Assembly (NCBI GenBank): GCA_040002615.1
Contig: JBDUEE010000003.1
Span: 9,671 to 73,670 of the forward strand
Length of the DNA: 64,000 nucleotides
Direction of reading: 5' to 3'
Origin: Chloroflexota bacterium
Lineage (GTDB): Bacteria > Chloroflexota > Limnocylindria > QHBO01
The notes under the pieces are model-generated. The model saw only the letters and a program-made list of their open reading frames with translations. It did no database searches and was not told the origin of the DNA. Position numbers and translations under genes: made by a program. This document shows positions 10,441 to 20,963 of this stretch, in pieces. The stretch's first letter is position 1. Every line of letters starts with the position of its first letter.

Positions 10441-11430
10441 ATGCGGCCTAACGAGATAGCTGCTGAGATCGAAGCTCAAGCGGCTTTGCTGGTTGATGTG
10501 GCGACTGGCGGGCCTCGCATCGACGATGTCAACGAGGATTACAAGGCGCGACGTCGTCGGATGGTGCCGGAGTTGGTGCGGCGAGGGCTCGAGTACCCGT
10601 TCCCGTGGGCAGATCTCTGGGATTGGTACGAGGCGTACTCCGAAGAGCCAGGAGGCTACCGGGCGAGGCGATCGCGCATTCGCAAGCTGGCGGCCCCGCT
10701 CGTGGAGCGGCTGCACGATTTGGCGTCTGATCCAGGCATCGACGACCTGGGCGCGCTTGGCGAACAGTCCAGCGACTGGACGCAGATCGAGGGACGCCTT
10801 GCGAGCATGCGTCAAGAACTGGCACAGGCGGTCAGCCTCGATGACTTGCAGGATGTTGGGCGGCGATGCCGCGAGGTCGTGATCGATGCCGCCCGTCGCG
10901 TCTTCGACTCCACCATGGTGCCCGAGGGAACAGAAACGCCGGGCAGTAGCGACGCCAAGGCCATGATCGGGCTCTTCCTTGCCTCACGCGCGGGCGGGTC
11001 CTCCAGGCGAGACCTGCGAGCCCTCGTCCGCAGCTCTCACACCTTGATGCAGACGGTGACTCATTCCGCGACGATCACACGGGCCGATGCCATCGCAAGC
11101 GGGTCAGCCGCTGTCCTGATCGTGCGGACACTCCAACAGCTGGAGTCCGAACACGCAAGGATCCAGCCCGTCGTTCGCCCGCGCAGCGGTTCGGCGGTCG
11201 GGCCCCGCAGCGCCCCAGCGGTTCTGCCTCGGCCCGCAACTCCCGCCGCCGAGGCCACACCGGCTGCGACGGAGTGGTCGGCTGGTGATCGCGTGACCCA
11301 TCGTCGATTTGGTGAGGGGATCGTTGTTAGCAGCCGGATAGTGGCCGGAGATGAGGAAGTCACCGTCGCCTTCGTGGGCCAAGGAGTAAAGCGGCTCATT
11401 GCTGAGTTCGCGAACCTCACCCGGAAATGA
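10441..11430 (+). CDS. hypothetical protein with C-terminal UvrD-C/Tudor-like tail (module gene B, left copy)
   Basis: MRPNEIAAEIEAQAALLVDVATGGPRIDDVNEDYK... paralog at 39689-40411; extra C-terminal GDRVTHRRFGEGIVVS...VTVAFVGQGVKRLIAEFANL resembles the small Tudor-like C-terminal domain of UvrD/PcrA helicases. Confidence 0.5.
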   Translation: MRPNEIAAEIEAQAALLVDVATGGPRIDDVNEDYKARRRRMVPELVRRGLEYPFPWADLWDWYEAYSEEPGGYRARRSRIRKLAAPLVERLHDLASDPGIDDLGALGEQSSDWTQIEGRLASMRQELAQAVSLDDLQDVGRRCREVVIDAARRVFDSTMVPEGTETPGSSDAKAMIGLFLASRAGGSSRRDLRALVRSSHTLMQTVTHSATITRADAIASGSAAVLIVRTLQQLESEHARIQPVVRPRSGSAVGPRSAPAVLPRPATPAAEATPAATEWSAGDRVTHRRFGEGIVVSSRIVAGDEEVTVAFVGQGVKRLIAEFANLTRK

Positions 11431-11559
11431 CGAGTGTGTAGAGCGTCACAATCCCGGACCCCGTGCCCCGTCCACAACGGCCGATGGTGCGGTTGCAACA
11501 CGGCTGGCCAGGCTCGAATGCGGTTCGCGTCGACTTCGAGACCGGGCGCATCCATGGAG

Positions 11560-13000
11560 GAGCCGGCGGAGGTCGATCCCCGCCTAAAGGATTAGTGGGA
11601 CGCGGGCTGCCGGTGCGACTCACCGTGGCTGGCGCTGCACGACCGGCTGGAACCCCGACGAGGCGTGTGGCTGCGTCTACGGGCCGTCGGCCAACGCGGT
11701 TGCGTGAGCAACGTCCTGATACACAGTGCGTAACTGACGGCGGCCTTCTCTGGCGTGGGAAGGTGCTCGCGACGGGGACGGGTTGGCCCGGATACGTAGT
11801 GCCCACGGGGTTGGCTCGTTCCTTAACAAGTGCCCCCGTCCCCGGAGCGAGCGGACCGGCCGTGGCCTCATAGGAGCGTGGCTTTGACTCGACGCACTGC
11901 TGCCCGGCCGGCCCACAGCCATCGTACGCGGAGACCAGCCGGAGGTCAGCCATGCCAGCCATCGGGATCGACACCCACAAGCGGACCCTCGCGGCCTGTG
12001 CGGTCGACGCGGTCGGGAGTGTCATCGACGAGCGGACGTTTAGCTGCGACCCGGCGGGCTTCGTCGAGCTGGCAGCCTGGGCCGGTGACGTCGCTCCGGC
12101 GGCGAGGATTGGGGTCGAGGGCTCGGCCTCGTACGGTGCCCCCGTGGCCCACCACCTCATCGCCGTCGGCTTCTCCGTGCGCGAGGTCCCGCCGCAGCTG
12201 AGCCGACGCGAACGAGGGCGCAACCGTCGGCCCGGCAAGAGCGATCCGGGCGATGCCCTCGCGATCGCCCGGGTGACCCTCCGCGAGCCCGACCTGCCGC
12301 CGGTCCGGCTCGAGGACCGCTCGACCGAGCTCGGCCTGCTCGCCGACGCGCGCGACGACCTCGTTCACGCACAGTCCCGGGCCCGCAACCGCCTCCACGC
12401 CCACCTCGTGATCCTCATGCCCGGCTATGGCCGGACGGCCGCCCAGTTGGTCAGCGGTCGCCAGCTCGAGACAATCGAGCGGGCCCTCGGTGGTTCGACC
12501 GGTGTCCGAGCCGAGCTCGCTCGGGCGCTCCTGACGGAGGTCCGTGATCTCGGTCGGCGCGCCGCCGAGCTCGAGCGGTCGATCGCGGCGCTCGTCGCCG
12601 GCCACCCGCTACTCGAGTTGCCGGGCGTCGGAATCCTGACCGCCGCCCGCCTGGTGGCCGAGACCGGTGACGTCGCCCGCTTCCGGTCGCCGGCGGCCTT
12701 CGCGATGCTCGCCGGGGTGGCGCCGATCCCGGCCAGCTCGGGCGAGACGCAGCGGATGCGCCTCAACCGCGGTGGCAACCGGCGGCTGAACCGGGCGCTC
12801 TACACGATCGCCCTCAGCCAGGCCTGGCATCACGAGCCGGCCAAGGCGTACATCGCCCGCAAGCGCGCCAGCGGCAAGAGCTGGGCCGAGGCGTTGCGCT
12901 GCCTCAAGCACCGGGTGGCTCGACCGGTCTTCCGACTGCTCCAAGCGGGTCAGTTGGATTGGGCTCCCGCCGTGTGACAGCCTTCGGGGCATGCCACGAG
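11560..13000 (+). mobile_element. IS110-family insertion sequence (boundaries approximate; IS110 elements lack terminal IRs)
   Basis: Contains DEDD transposase gene 11952-12977 with ~390 bp 5' leader typical of IS110 family. Confidence 0.4.
11952..12977 (+). CDS. IS110-family transposase (DEDD)
   Basis: MPAIGIDTHKRTLAACAVD... and GVGILTAARLVAETGDVARF... motifs typical of IS110/IS1111 transposases; RBS GGAGG upstream. Confidence 0.85.
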   Translation: MPAIGIDTHKRTLAACAVDAVGSVIDERTFSCDPAGFVELAAWAGDVAPAARIGVEGSASYGAPVAHHLIAVGFSVREVPPQLSRRERGRNRRPGKSDPGDALAIARVTLREPDLPPVRLEDRSTELGLLADARDDLVHAQSRARNRLHAHLVILMPGYGRTAAQLVSGRQLETIERALGGSTGVRAELARALLTEVRDLGRRAAELERSIAALVAGHPLLELPGVGILTAARLVAETGDVARFRSPAAFAMLAGVAPIPASSGETQRMRLNRGGNRRLNRALYTIALSQAWHHEPAKAYIARKRASGKSWAEALRCLKHRVARPVFRLLQAGQLDWAPAV

Positions 13001-13056
13001 GCCGTTGCCGCCGTGCAAAGATTGGCGCGACGAGATCAACGAGCAGCGATTGGGAG

Positions 13057-13458
13057 CCCATGACCGAAGATCACCCGAATGCGGCCGCGTACCGACAAGC
13101 CGCCGATGCCTTTCGCGCCGGGGACCTCGCGCGGATCGAGGCCCTCGTTGACCCTCATGTCGTCTGGCACGTTCCGGGTAACCACCCGCGAGCGGGCGAC
13201 ATTCGAGGCCGCGACGCGCTTCTGGCGTGGCTGGCCGGGCTGGCCGAGGTCGGGTTCTGGCTGACGGAGCACGATGTGTTCGCCAACGACGAGCATGTCT
13301 GCGCGCTCAGCAACATGGGCGCTCGTGGACCTGGAACCGACGTCCAGACCCGGGTCGTGAGCATCTTCCACTTCCGGGACGGGCGGCAGGCCGAACGCTG
13401 GTTCTTTCCAGAGGACCCGGTGGCCTGGGACCGGATCTTCGGCGGGACAAGCTCGTAG
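13057..13458 (+). CDS. SnoaL-like / NTF2-like (ketosteroid-isomerase-fold) small protein
   Basis: MTEDHPNAAAYRQAADAFRAGDLARIEALVDPHVVWHVPGNHPRAGDIRGRDALLAWL... pattern typical of SnoaL_2/DUF4440 proteins. Confidence 0.5.
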   Translation, partial: PMTEDHPNAAAYRQAADAFRAGDLARIEALVDPHVVWHVPGNHPRAGDIRGRDALLAWLAGLAEVGFWLTEHDVFANDEHVCALSNMGARGPGTDVQTRVVSIFHFRDGRQAERWFFPEDPVAWDRIFGGTSS

Positions 13459-13693
13459 GTCAGCTTGACAACCATAGGAGCTTGTCAGGTCGTCGTGCAC
13501 ACTACCCGCGCTTCCGCCATGACCAGGTGCTTGTAGCGCAGGTGGTGAAAGGTGTGCGCGGTCGGCGCGACGAGCGCTTGCCTGAAATGGAGCTGGCCGC
13601 CCGTGCCGAGGCCGACCTGGTGGGTCAGGCGGCGCTCGAAACGGAGCCTGGCACGCCGGCGCGGCCACGATGACCTCGGCCAGGTCCCACAAG

Positions 13694-14572
13694 CTACGGA
13701 CCGCGTTTCGCCTTCGCCGCCCGCTCCGCAGCCTGCTCCTCGGCGAGCGCCCGCATCGCCCACCCGCGCACATTCGCCCGAATGGACGTCTGCTGAGCCT
13801 CGGTGTAAAAGAGCGAGTCGTCGGCGAGGACGATCGCGCGCTTCATGACCCCATCGCCATGATCCTGCCCGAACATGTGGCCGAGCTCATGGAGCATGAT
13901 GTTCCGGAAGAGGATGATCCGGTTGCCGGGCCTCTTGTAAATGTTGTCTGCCTTGATGAAGCCCACCTTCTGCGGAGTCCTCCACGGCGGAATCCCCAGC
14001 CCCTCAACGTTGCTGTCCTCCCAGGCTTCGCGCACCACCTCGAAGATGTCGCCGCTCCGGCCGGCGTTCGAGATGCCGTGCTCCTTGGCCATGGTGACGA
14101 CGTGATCGGGCTCTGTCTTATTGGTGCCCTGCCCATTCAGGATGTGGACCGGGTACTGCAAGACGCCGAACTTTGCCCGCTCCGACGGGGTGGTTGCCGT
14201 CGTCTGGTACCTGACGCGGAATGTCACTCCCTCGCCCCGCTTGATCGCCTCCTTTCCAGGTGTGCTCATGTACAGTCGATTGAGGTCCTGCTCCACCTTC
14301 AGCAGTGACTTCTCCCGCACCTCGTCTGTCAGCAGCGCGCCACCCGGATTTGCGTCGATCACAATGACCTCGGCGAGCCTCGGTTTCGCGGGTGCGGGCG
14401 TCGTCGTAGCGGGTGGCGCACCTGGAGCGGTCGGCGCCGGCGCCGCTGGCGTCGTTGTGGCGCGGTTCCCCGACTCCGTGGCTCGGTCGGCGGCCTGGGT
14501 GGCGCGGTCGCCGTAGTCCGTGGCCCTTTCCTGGATGGCGCGACCGGCGTCGGTCGGCTTGTGTGGCGCCAT
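13694..14572 (-). CDS. secreted zinc metalloprotease, metzincin-type (HELGHMFGQDH = HExxHxxGxxH), Pro/Thr/Ala-rich N-terminal linker
   Basis: 292-aa ORF; extended zinc-binding motif of metzincins (matrixin/snapalysin-like). Confidence 0.6.
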   Translation of the reverse strand: MAPHKPTDAGRAIQERATDYGDRATQAADRATESGNRATTTPAAPAPTAPGAPPATTTPAPAKPRLAEVIVIDANPGGALLTDEVREKSLLKVEQDLNRLYMSTPGKEAIKRGEGVTFRVRYQTTATTPSERAKFGVLQYPVHILNGQGTNKTEPDHVVTMAKEHGISNAGRSGDIFEVVREAWEDSNVEGLGIPPWRTPQKVGFIKADNIYKRPGNRIILFRNIMLHELGHMFGQDHGDGVMKRAIVLADDSLFYTEAQQTSIRANVRGWAMRALAEEQAAERAAKAKRGP

Positions 14573-14690
14573 CTATTCCCTCTTCCGAATTAGCCAGTCA
14601 CTCTTGCGGGGAGTCTGGTGGGCCGACGAGCGTCAACGGCAAGTATGCCCGATCCTGTAGGCTCGGACGTCCACGCCGAAGGAGGAGTAC

Positions 14691-16301
14691 ATGCCGCCGC
14701 CAGCAGAGCCGATGATCAAGCTGGAGCCGGGGGGAACCGCTCCCATCCTCAGCTACAACGTCCCAGAACCGACCTCCTACTCAGGCAGGCATGTCGTCGA
14801 GCTGGACATCGACGCCGACTGGTTTACTCCTGAGGCCCTCAAGGTCCCGCCACCGCCCCTACCGCCGCCTACGCCTGGCACTCCGCCGATCGTCGTGCGC
14901 TCCCCGGTCGGCGTGCTCGAGGAGATGATGGATCGCGAGACCGTCGCCACCGCCATGATGGCGGAGGCCGCCCCCAGCGGCTTGCCCCGACCCATCGTGG
15001 CCATGGGCGCGAGCGCGGTGCTGAAGGCGCTCGACGCCGAGGACGCCATCGCCAAGGTGAACGCCGGTTATCGGCTCGTCCGTTACAAGGACTTCAGTGG
15101 CAATCCGGCCGTGAGGGCGCTCCCCCCGATCCCAAAGGAGCCGCGCCCTCGGCTCCTCCTCGTCGAGGTATACGAGCTGGTCTCGTACCTCGGCGCCTAC
15201 GGCGCGGGGCGGGTGATCAAGACCTTTACGCTGCTACCCGGCGAGAAGACCAAGATCAGCGTGAAGAGCTACACGAAGAGCGTGACCGATTCAAAGTCCG
15301 CCTCCAGCATCCTCGACTCCTACACCACCGAAAGTGCCGACGACTTCGAGTCGTCGCTCAGCTCGGAGCAGTCGGACAAGCGGTCGGAGACCGAGAACTT
15401 CGAGTATCACGCTGAAGCGGAGGCGAGTGCGTCCTGGGGTTGGGGGAGCGCCAAGGTGAGCGGTGGAGTGAAGGGCGGCACCTCGTCGGCGCGGGAGGAG
15501 TTCGCCAAGAACGTCTCCAACGCCGCCCAAAAACACTCTGCCAAGGCCAGCGCGAAGCGCGAGGTGCAGGTCAACACCAGCTATGAGGTGAAGGAGGAGA
15601 CCGGCGAGGAAACCTCGGTGGAGCGGACGATCGAGAACGTCAACCTGAGCCGGGTCCTCAACTTCGTCTTCCGGCAGATGAACCAGCAGTTCACCACGGT
15701 GCTGAAGCTCACGGACGTACGGGTTGCCTTTTTCAACGGCTTCCAGGCGATGGCGCGCGAGGTAGCTCTGCCGCAGCTCGACACCTTGTTAGAGACCTAC
15801 ATCGTGCCCACGCGCCATGCCGAGGTGCGGGCGGCGCTCACGACCCAGATCCAGGACATCCGCGACTACGACGACAAGTCGCACAAGTTCATTGAAGAAG
15901 TCGCACTCGCGCCGACCGACAAGTATCTGCGGGTGAAGCGCGACTTGGAGTTCGCCTACACCGTGCCGATCACTGAGAGCGTCATCCGTTTCACCGGGGT
16001 GCCGCTGGCCGTGAACACCTACACCATGCGCACTGAGGGTGTCATCGTGGAGGCCTTGCTCGGGCAGGCGAGCAGTCTCGACGGATACGCCGAGCGGCTG
16101 CAGGAGCTCGAGGTGCAGCGGCGGACCGCCGAGGTGAGCAGGCTGGCGGCTGAGGCTTCGCGCGTCGGATTGATCAACACCATCGCGCAGGAAAAGGACC
16201 TCGATGCGGCGAAAGCGCTTGCTGAACTGACCTGTCCCTGCGGTCACAGCAAGTGTGCCGGGGAGAAGGAAGCCCCGTCACCTGCGCCGGCCGACACGTG
16301 A
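14691..16301 (+). CDS. hypothetical protein, Pro-rich N-terminus then Ser/Lys/Glu-rich domain; no recognisable family
   Basis: 536-aa ORF with coherent codon usage; stop overlaps start region of next gene. Confidence 0.45.
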   Translation: MPPPAEPMIKLEPGGTAPILSYNVPEPTSYSGRHVVELDIDADWFTPEALKVPPPPLPPPTPGTPPIVVRSPVGVLEEMMDRETVATAMMAEAAPSGLPRPIVAMGASAVLKALDAEDAIAKVNAGYRLVRYKDFSGNPAVRALPPIPKEPRPRLLLVEVYELVSYLGAYGAGRVIKTFTLLPGEKTKISVKSYTKSVTDSKSASSILDSYTTESADDFESSLSSEQSDKRSETENFEYHAEAEASASWGWGSAKVSGGVKGGTSSAREEFAKNVSNAAQKHSAKASAKREVQVNTSYEVKEETGEETSVERTIENVNLSRVLNFVFRQMNQQFTTVLKLTDVRVAFFNGFQAMAREVALPQLDTLLETYIVPTRHAEVRAALTTQIQDIRDYDDKSHKFIEEVALAPTDKYLRVKRDLEFAYTVPITESVIRFTGVPLAVNTYTMRTEGVIVEALLGQASSLDGYAERLQELEVQRRTAEVSRLAAEASRVGLINTIAQEKDLDAAKALAELTCPCGHSKCAGEKEAPSPAPADT

Positions 16302-16302
16302 C

Positions 16303-17508
16303 ATGGGCGACGACTACGACCGCGTCGTTCGAGGTCCTGCCGACCGTGTCCTGGCCGACCGGTACACCGGGGAGCCGGGCGACGATGGCGCTGGCGGAGG
16401 CGGCACGGCGGTCGATGCGCCCGCCGTCGATCCGCCGCAGCCCGTCTTCCCGATGGACCCCTGGCTCGTGCCGGACAGCGCGCTGCAGGAATGCCTGGCC
16501 AAGGTGGCCGCTATCGAGAAGTACAAGGGCCTGCGGTTCGCGCTGGTCGATCTCACCGGCGACGTCACGAATCCTCGGTACGCCCACGTTGGAGGCGAGA
16601 AGCAAACCTCCATCGACAGCATGGCCAAGCTCGGCGTGTTCGTCGCGGCATACCTGCTGAGAGACCAGGTGCGGACCGCAGCGGCGCTGCTCAGGGGCGA
16701 GAAGAAGGAGAAGGTACTCAAGCGCCTCAATGCCGAATGGAAGCCCTACTGGGAGGCCCGGATCGACGGGCGACCAAAGGACTCGCCGAAGCTCGAGAAA
16801 ATCTTCGAAGTTGACCTCGGTGGCCCCGAGCATTGGCAGGTGCGGTTCAAGTGGGAGCCGATCGGCGAGAACACGATGAACGACCTGGGGCACAGCGCTG
16901 ATGCCGGCAGCGTCGCATTCCGCAACCGGCTCGAGCTAATGATGCGCTGGTCGAGCAACGCGGCAGCGAGCGCCTGCATGACTGACCTCGGCTTCCAGGC
17001 CGTCAACAGCCTGCTGGCGGATGCCGGTTTCTTCGAGATGAACCGCGGCGGTGGGCTCTGGTTGAGCAAGCTGTACGGCAGGGAGGTCTTCTGGGGGCGA
17101 AGGGATCCAGCGGGCGGTGGCACGGTGCAGGGGGGTACGGCGCGGGCGGTAGCAGAGGTGCTCACGCTGATGGCGCAGGACCGGCTGGTCAGGCCCGGAG
17201 TAGCTGCGGAGATGCGGCGCATCATGTCGGCCGGCCAGGGGCACGGGTACGGCAGTTGGATCGTGAATGCCATCGAGGCCAAAGGGAGGCAAGTGAACCG
17301 GTACGTGGCCAAGGTGGGGTTGTTCGGCCGCGTGTCGGACTGCGCCCTCATGGATCGGACCACCGCAGATGGCCAGGCATTGCAGTACATCATGGTCGTG
17401 CTGAACAGTCCGGACGACGCGACGATGAAGGATGTCTCCGTGCTGCTGGACGACTGCATTCTGGCGCAGCACCCGCCGCCGGCACCCCAGCAACCGCCCA
17501 TTCCCTAG
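16303..17508 (+). CDS. class-A beta-lactamase-like / penicillin-binding-protein-like serine hydrolase
   Basis: SxxK (DSMAK), SDN-like (SSN in RWSSNAAAS) and KTG-like (KVG) motifs in correct order; ends with TAG stop. Confidence 0.55.
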   Translation: MGDDYDRVVRGPADRVLADRYTGEPGDDGAGGGGTAVDAPAVDPPQPVFPMDPWLVPDSALQECLAKVAAIEKYKGLRFALVDLTGDVTNPRYAHVGGEKQTSIDSMAKLGVFVAAYLLRDQVRTAAALLRGEKKEKVLKRLNAEWKPYWEARIDGRPKDSPKLEKIFEVDLGGPEHWQVRFKWEPIGENTMNDLGHSADAGSVAFRNRLELMMRWSSNAAASACMTDLGFQAVNSLLADAGFFEMNRGGGLWLSKLYGREVFWGRRDPAGGGTVQGGTARAVAEVLTLMAQDRLVRPGVAAEMRRIMSAGQGHGYGSWIVNAIEAKGRQVNRYVAKVGLFGRVSDCALMDRTTADGQALQYIMVVLNSPDDATMKDVSVLLDDCILAQHPPPAPQQPPIP

Positions 17509-17767
17509 GCACGCCTCGCAGGGGAATGCGCTCGACGGCACGATGAGCGCGGTTGACCAACGGAGCGATGACTTGCGCCGCGGTCGAGCGACCATCCTCG
17601 GGTACTCCGAGCACTTGAACGACGCTTCCGGGCCATTACAGTGGCACGGGTGTTTCGAGCGATGAACAAACCTCTGCCGTTTACGCTCGCCACCTCACGC
17701 TCGCAGCACAGCGGTCACGCTGAGGGTGCATGTCAAGCATGTGTCATTGCCGGCCACCTGACAGGCA

Positions 17768-17845
17768 ATCAGGTGGTTAAGACACTCAGCCTTCCAAGCC
17801 TGTCGACCTGTGCGCTGTGCTCTGCCGAGCGGGACCCCGAGCGTA
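17768..17845. repeat. imperfect direct repeat (putative attL) matching 51030-51118
   Basis: aatcaggt...gacactcAgccttccaagcCtg..cctgtgcGCtgtgctctGccgagCgGgac aligns to 51030-51118 with ~80% identity and a 22-bp near-identical core (gacactcNgccttccaagc). Confidence 0.35.
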
Positions 17846-17930
17846 ACGCGCGTAGTCATGCGCTCTTCAGTTGCGACCCTCGCTGCGGCCTGCCATTCCC
17901 TCGACAGCGCACGTCGAGGCATCACGGGTA

Positions 17931-18791
17931 CTACCTCGGCGCAATCACGACGTGACTATCCGGGATGATCCGCCCGAGAAGGTCTAGCAGGCTCGCGTCA
18001 TCCTCACCGCGCGAGATCTCGATCGAGCAGTCGACAAGAACGACGCCGAGGTTTGACGAGCTTGCGGCCTCGTTCGCGGCGGAGGCCGATGCTTGGCAAC
18101 CGTCAATGCCGATCCGTCCGGCCGTCGCCTTCGTCTTCTGGTCCGTCACGTTGCCCTCGGCGTCTCGTTGCGGCGTGACGACGATTAACTGGACACCGGT
18201 CGACGGGGATGGCATCGGCCCAACGAGCTCTGCTTCGTGCAGTCTCAATGTCAACGTCGGCGCTTTGACGGGATCGACAGGCTTCGCGAACTGCCCATCA
18301 AGCTGGTCCTTCGCAGCCATCACGAGCACGATTGCCGCGAGAATTGCAGTGGCGCCGAGGATAGCCTCAAGCCACACCCCACGTCGAAGGGCAAGGAAGC
18401 CGACGAGCACGACCACGCCGGTGAGGAGCCAGCGTCCGAACTGGGCAAGGATCGCAGCCTGGTCTTCCGTCGGCCAACGACCCGGTTCTCCAGGCTTCCA
18501 GTGCAGACCGATCTGATCGCTGAGGATAGCCGCCGCGAAGATCGCCGATGCCGCTGCGACCGCGCTGAGAACCGCGAGCGCCTTCCCCGAGAGCCACCAC
18601 GACGCCACCACGAGGACCGCGACGATAACCGCAACATTTCGGATCCATCGGGCGATTTCCGTCTGGACGTCAGCGGGCATCGCCGGTTCCCGAACAGCGT
18701 TGCCGATCCCCCCAGCAATCGCCGGGGCAAAGATCGCGATGAGGACCAGCGGGATGATGGCCGCAGCCGCGCGGAGCGCGCCCGTCACCAT
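17931..18791 (-). CDS. hypothetical polytopic membrane protein
   Basis: 286-aa ORF with ~6 hydrophobic segments. Confidence 0.45.
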   Translation of the reverse strand: MVTGALRAAAAIIPLVLIAIFAPAIAGGIGNAVREPAMPADVQTEIARWIRNVAVIVAVLVVASWWLSGKALAVLSAVAAASAIFAAAILSDQIGLHWKPGEPGRWPTEDQAAILAQFGRWLLTGVVVLVGFLALRRGVWLEAILGATAILAAIVLVMAAKDQLDGQFAKPVDPVKAPTLTLRLHEAELVGPMPSPSTGVQLIVVTPQRDAEGNVTDQKTKATAGRIGIDGCQASASAANEAASSSNLGVVLVDCSIEISRGEDDASLLDLLGRIIPDSHVVIAPR

Positions 18792-18834
18792 GCCCGTCCT
18801 CGGAGAATCCGCACACGTGGAGGAGGGGGCCGAT

Positions 18835-19300
18835 TCATTCAGCCCCTTTCTTCGCGGACAGGCGGGCGGCCCCTAGCACGACGAGATTGTGGTTCGCCGC
18901 CTTCTTCGCGGCTTTGTCATCGGACTTCTTGGCCGCGGTGAAGAGCTTGTGGGACTGCTTCCATGGTGCGTCGTCGATCCACAGCAAGGCGCAGCCAAGA
19001 TTGTTCTGCTGGCTCGCGGTAGGATCGCCAATCGCCCCGAGCACTGCCGCCACCCAGTCGTTCAATCCACTGGACTGGCCAGCGAGGCCGACGAGATCCT
19101 TCGCATCTCGTTGGTCACCACTTGGCAGCGTGACCATGGATCCCGGCACGACGGTCAGGCCGACGCGCAGCTCGTCGAGGTCGGCTTGGGGACCGAGCAC
19201 AGGGCCGACATCGGCCGCGCGGGTGTCGTAGTAGAGGTCCCGTGAGACGGCGTCCAACTCTTGGAGGTCGATCCCCTCGGAATCCGAACCAATCATCATG
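18835..19300 (-). CDS. hypothetical protein; start ATG overlaps stop of upstream gene (ATGA)
   Basis: MMIGSDSEGIDLQELDAVSRDLYYD...; gcATGAtg overlap with stop of 19297-20963 gene indicates translational coupling. Confidence 0.45.
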
Positions 19301-20963
19301 CGGGTTCCTCCACGGCGAACAACTTGATTAGGGTTGGCGATGCCAGGTCCATGGACCAGACCCGTTCGCTGCCGTCCTCGGACTCTGGCTCGAGATGCCC
19401 AACCCCGTTGAGGGACAGCCGAGCCGGTTCTCCATGCTCCCACCGACTCCAACTAACGGCGAGTACGACGTGGATAGTTGGCGCAGCTGGCTCGTCGGCA
19501 GCTGGCTCGTCGGCAGCTGGCTCGTCGGCAGCTGGCTCGTCGGCGGAGGTGCCTGGTCCTCGCAGCATTGCCTTGAACGTTGTGGCTCGTGGATCCGCGT
19601 TCTTCTCGAGCTCGATCGCCCAACCGGTAGGCTGGCGAACCTCCAGCTTGATCGTGGCAAGCGGAAGGTCGTAGCGCAGCGCGAGCGCGTTGGTAGGCGT
19701 GGCGAGGGTTACGTGCCACATCAGCTCAGAACGTTTCCGTGGCTCGCTACCTGGGATTACCTCCGGCGTCAACTTGCCGATCCCTGCGTCGACCGGCGCC
19801 GCCAACGGTGCAGCGGCGAAGACTCCCGACTGTGCGTCAACGACGCGGACTTGACCTGCAGTCGCTCCGGCGCCCATCCGCTGCTTAGCCGTGACTGTAA
19901 ACAGGTTGGCGCGGTGGACGGCAACTTGCACCGTCCTGTCCGTTCGGCGGGAGGGCACGTGATTCACGACTTCGGCCGCATAGACCTCCGCGACCGCGAG
20001 GTTGGGTGATGGGCTGACACTAACGGCCTTGCTCTCCTTGGGTTCATCAAATAGATCGGCTGTTTTGGTGCCGGGGTACAGGAGGAACCTCGACGCGGAC
20101 TCCCACAGCTTCTTGGCATCAGCGAAGTCTGCCGCCTTGCGGAGTCCGAGTTCGGTCGCCAGCAGATCGCGATGCAGATCAAAGGCGGTCTCAATGAGAT
20201 CACCCCAACCCACGGCCCGGGCGGCCGCAGCGCGGTAACAGCCATATGCAACTGGGATCGCGACGAGGGCGTACGCCGCGCCCTGGAAGCTTCCATTAAC
20301 AGTCTGGACGACCAGGCCCTCGATGCCGAACAGGGCGAATGAAAGCGCGAGGTTGAGGAGCAGATCCAAAGAACCCCTGGCGTCATCGATCAAGCTCGAA
20401 AGTGCGCTGGCCTCCTTCGCAACGAGGGACTGGAGCGGAGGCCAGCACGCGTTCATGTCGATTCCGTACCGCTGGTAGATGGCAGTCGCGGACGATCCGA
20501 GCGCATTTCCGAGTCGCGTGGGCGTCAGCTGCTGCTCATTTGGCCAGCGAGCAATCTCGTAGGCCAACCACCTATCTTCTGCCAAGTCGCTGTTGGTCTG
20601 CGCAAGATCTCGCGCCACCTCTAGGGCCCGTCGCCGCCCGACCGCGCGACCCAGCATCCAGTTGTAGAGGGGAGTTCCTCGCCAAAGCTCGCCCGTCGCC
20701 AGCCGCAGGAACGTCGAGTTCAGAGAAAGGACGACGTACCCAAGGATAAGGATGAGCACGATCAGGACGGCGATCTTGAGCCCGTCAGGCAACGCCTCGA
20801 GCCCAACGGCCGGACCGAATCCCGCGGCGACAAGCGAGGGATGGATGAACAGGGCGTTAAGGAGGATGAAAACGGTTGCGGGTACGATCGCCGATGGTTG
20901 GACGAGCTTCGCCAGACTCGCGTCCACCGTCGTCTTGAAGAACTCGGCTACGGCGGGCAGCAC
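19297..20963 (-). CDS. hypothetical membrane protein containing a 4x tandem ADEPA pentapeptide repeat
   Basis: 555-aa ORF, several TM helices in the N-terminal half; internal ADEPAADEPAADEPAADEPA encoded by the 15-bp x4 DNA repeat. Confidence 0.5.
19486..19545. repeat. perfect 15-bp tandem repeat x4 (agctggctcgtcggc) inside CDS 19297-20963
   Basis: Direct reading of sequence; in-frame (15 bp = 5 codons), encodes ADEPA x4 on minus strand. Confidence 0.9.

Noticed and set aside
11417-12605. ORFs 11417-12238 (-) and 11946-12605 (-)
   Set aside because: Antisense to the IS110 transposase and its leader; the transposase call on the plus strand is strongly supported.
16174-17595. Minus-strand ORFs 16174-16893, 16746-17501, 16936-17595
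   Set aside because: Antisense to the beta-lactamase-like gene; no motifs.
17509-17930. Possible tRNA/tmRNA at the putative attL
   Set aside because: No cloverleaf-compatible segment with T-arm GTTCRANYC consensus found by eye; cannot support an RNA gene call without a proper tRNAscan/Infernal run.
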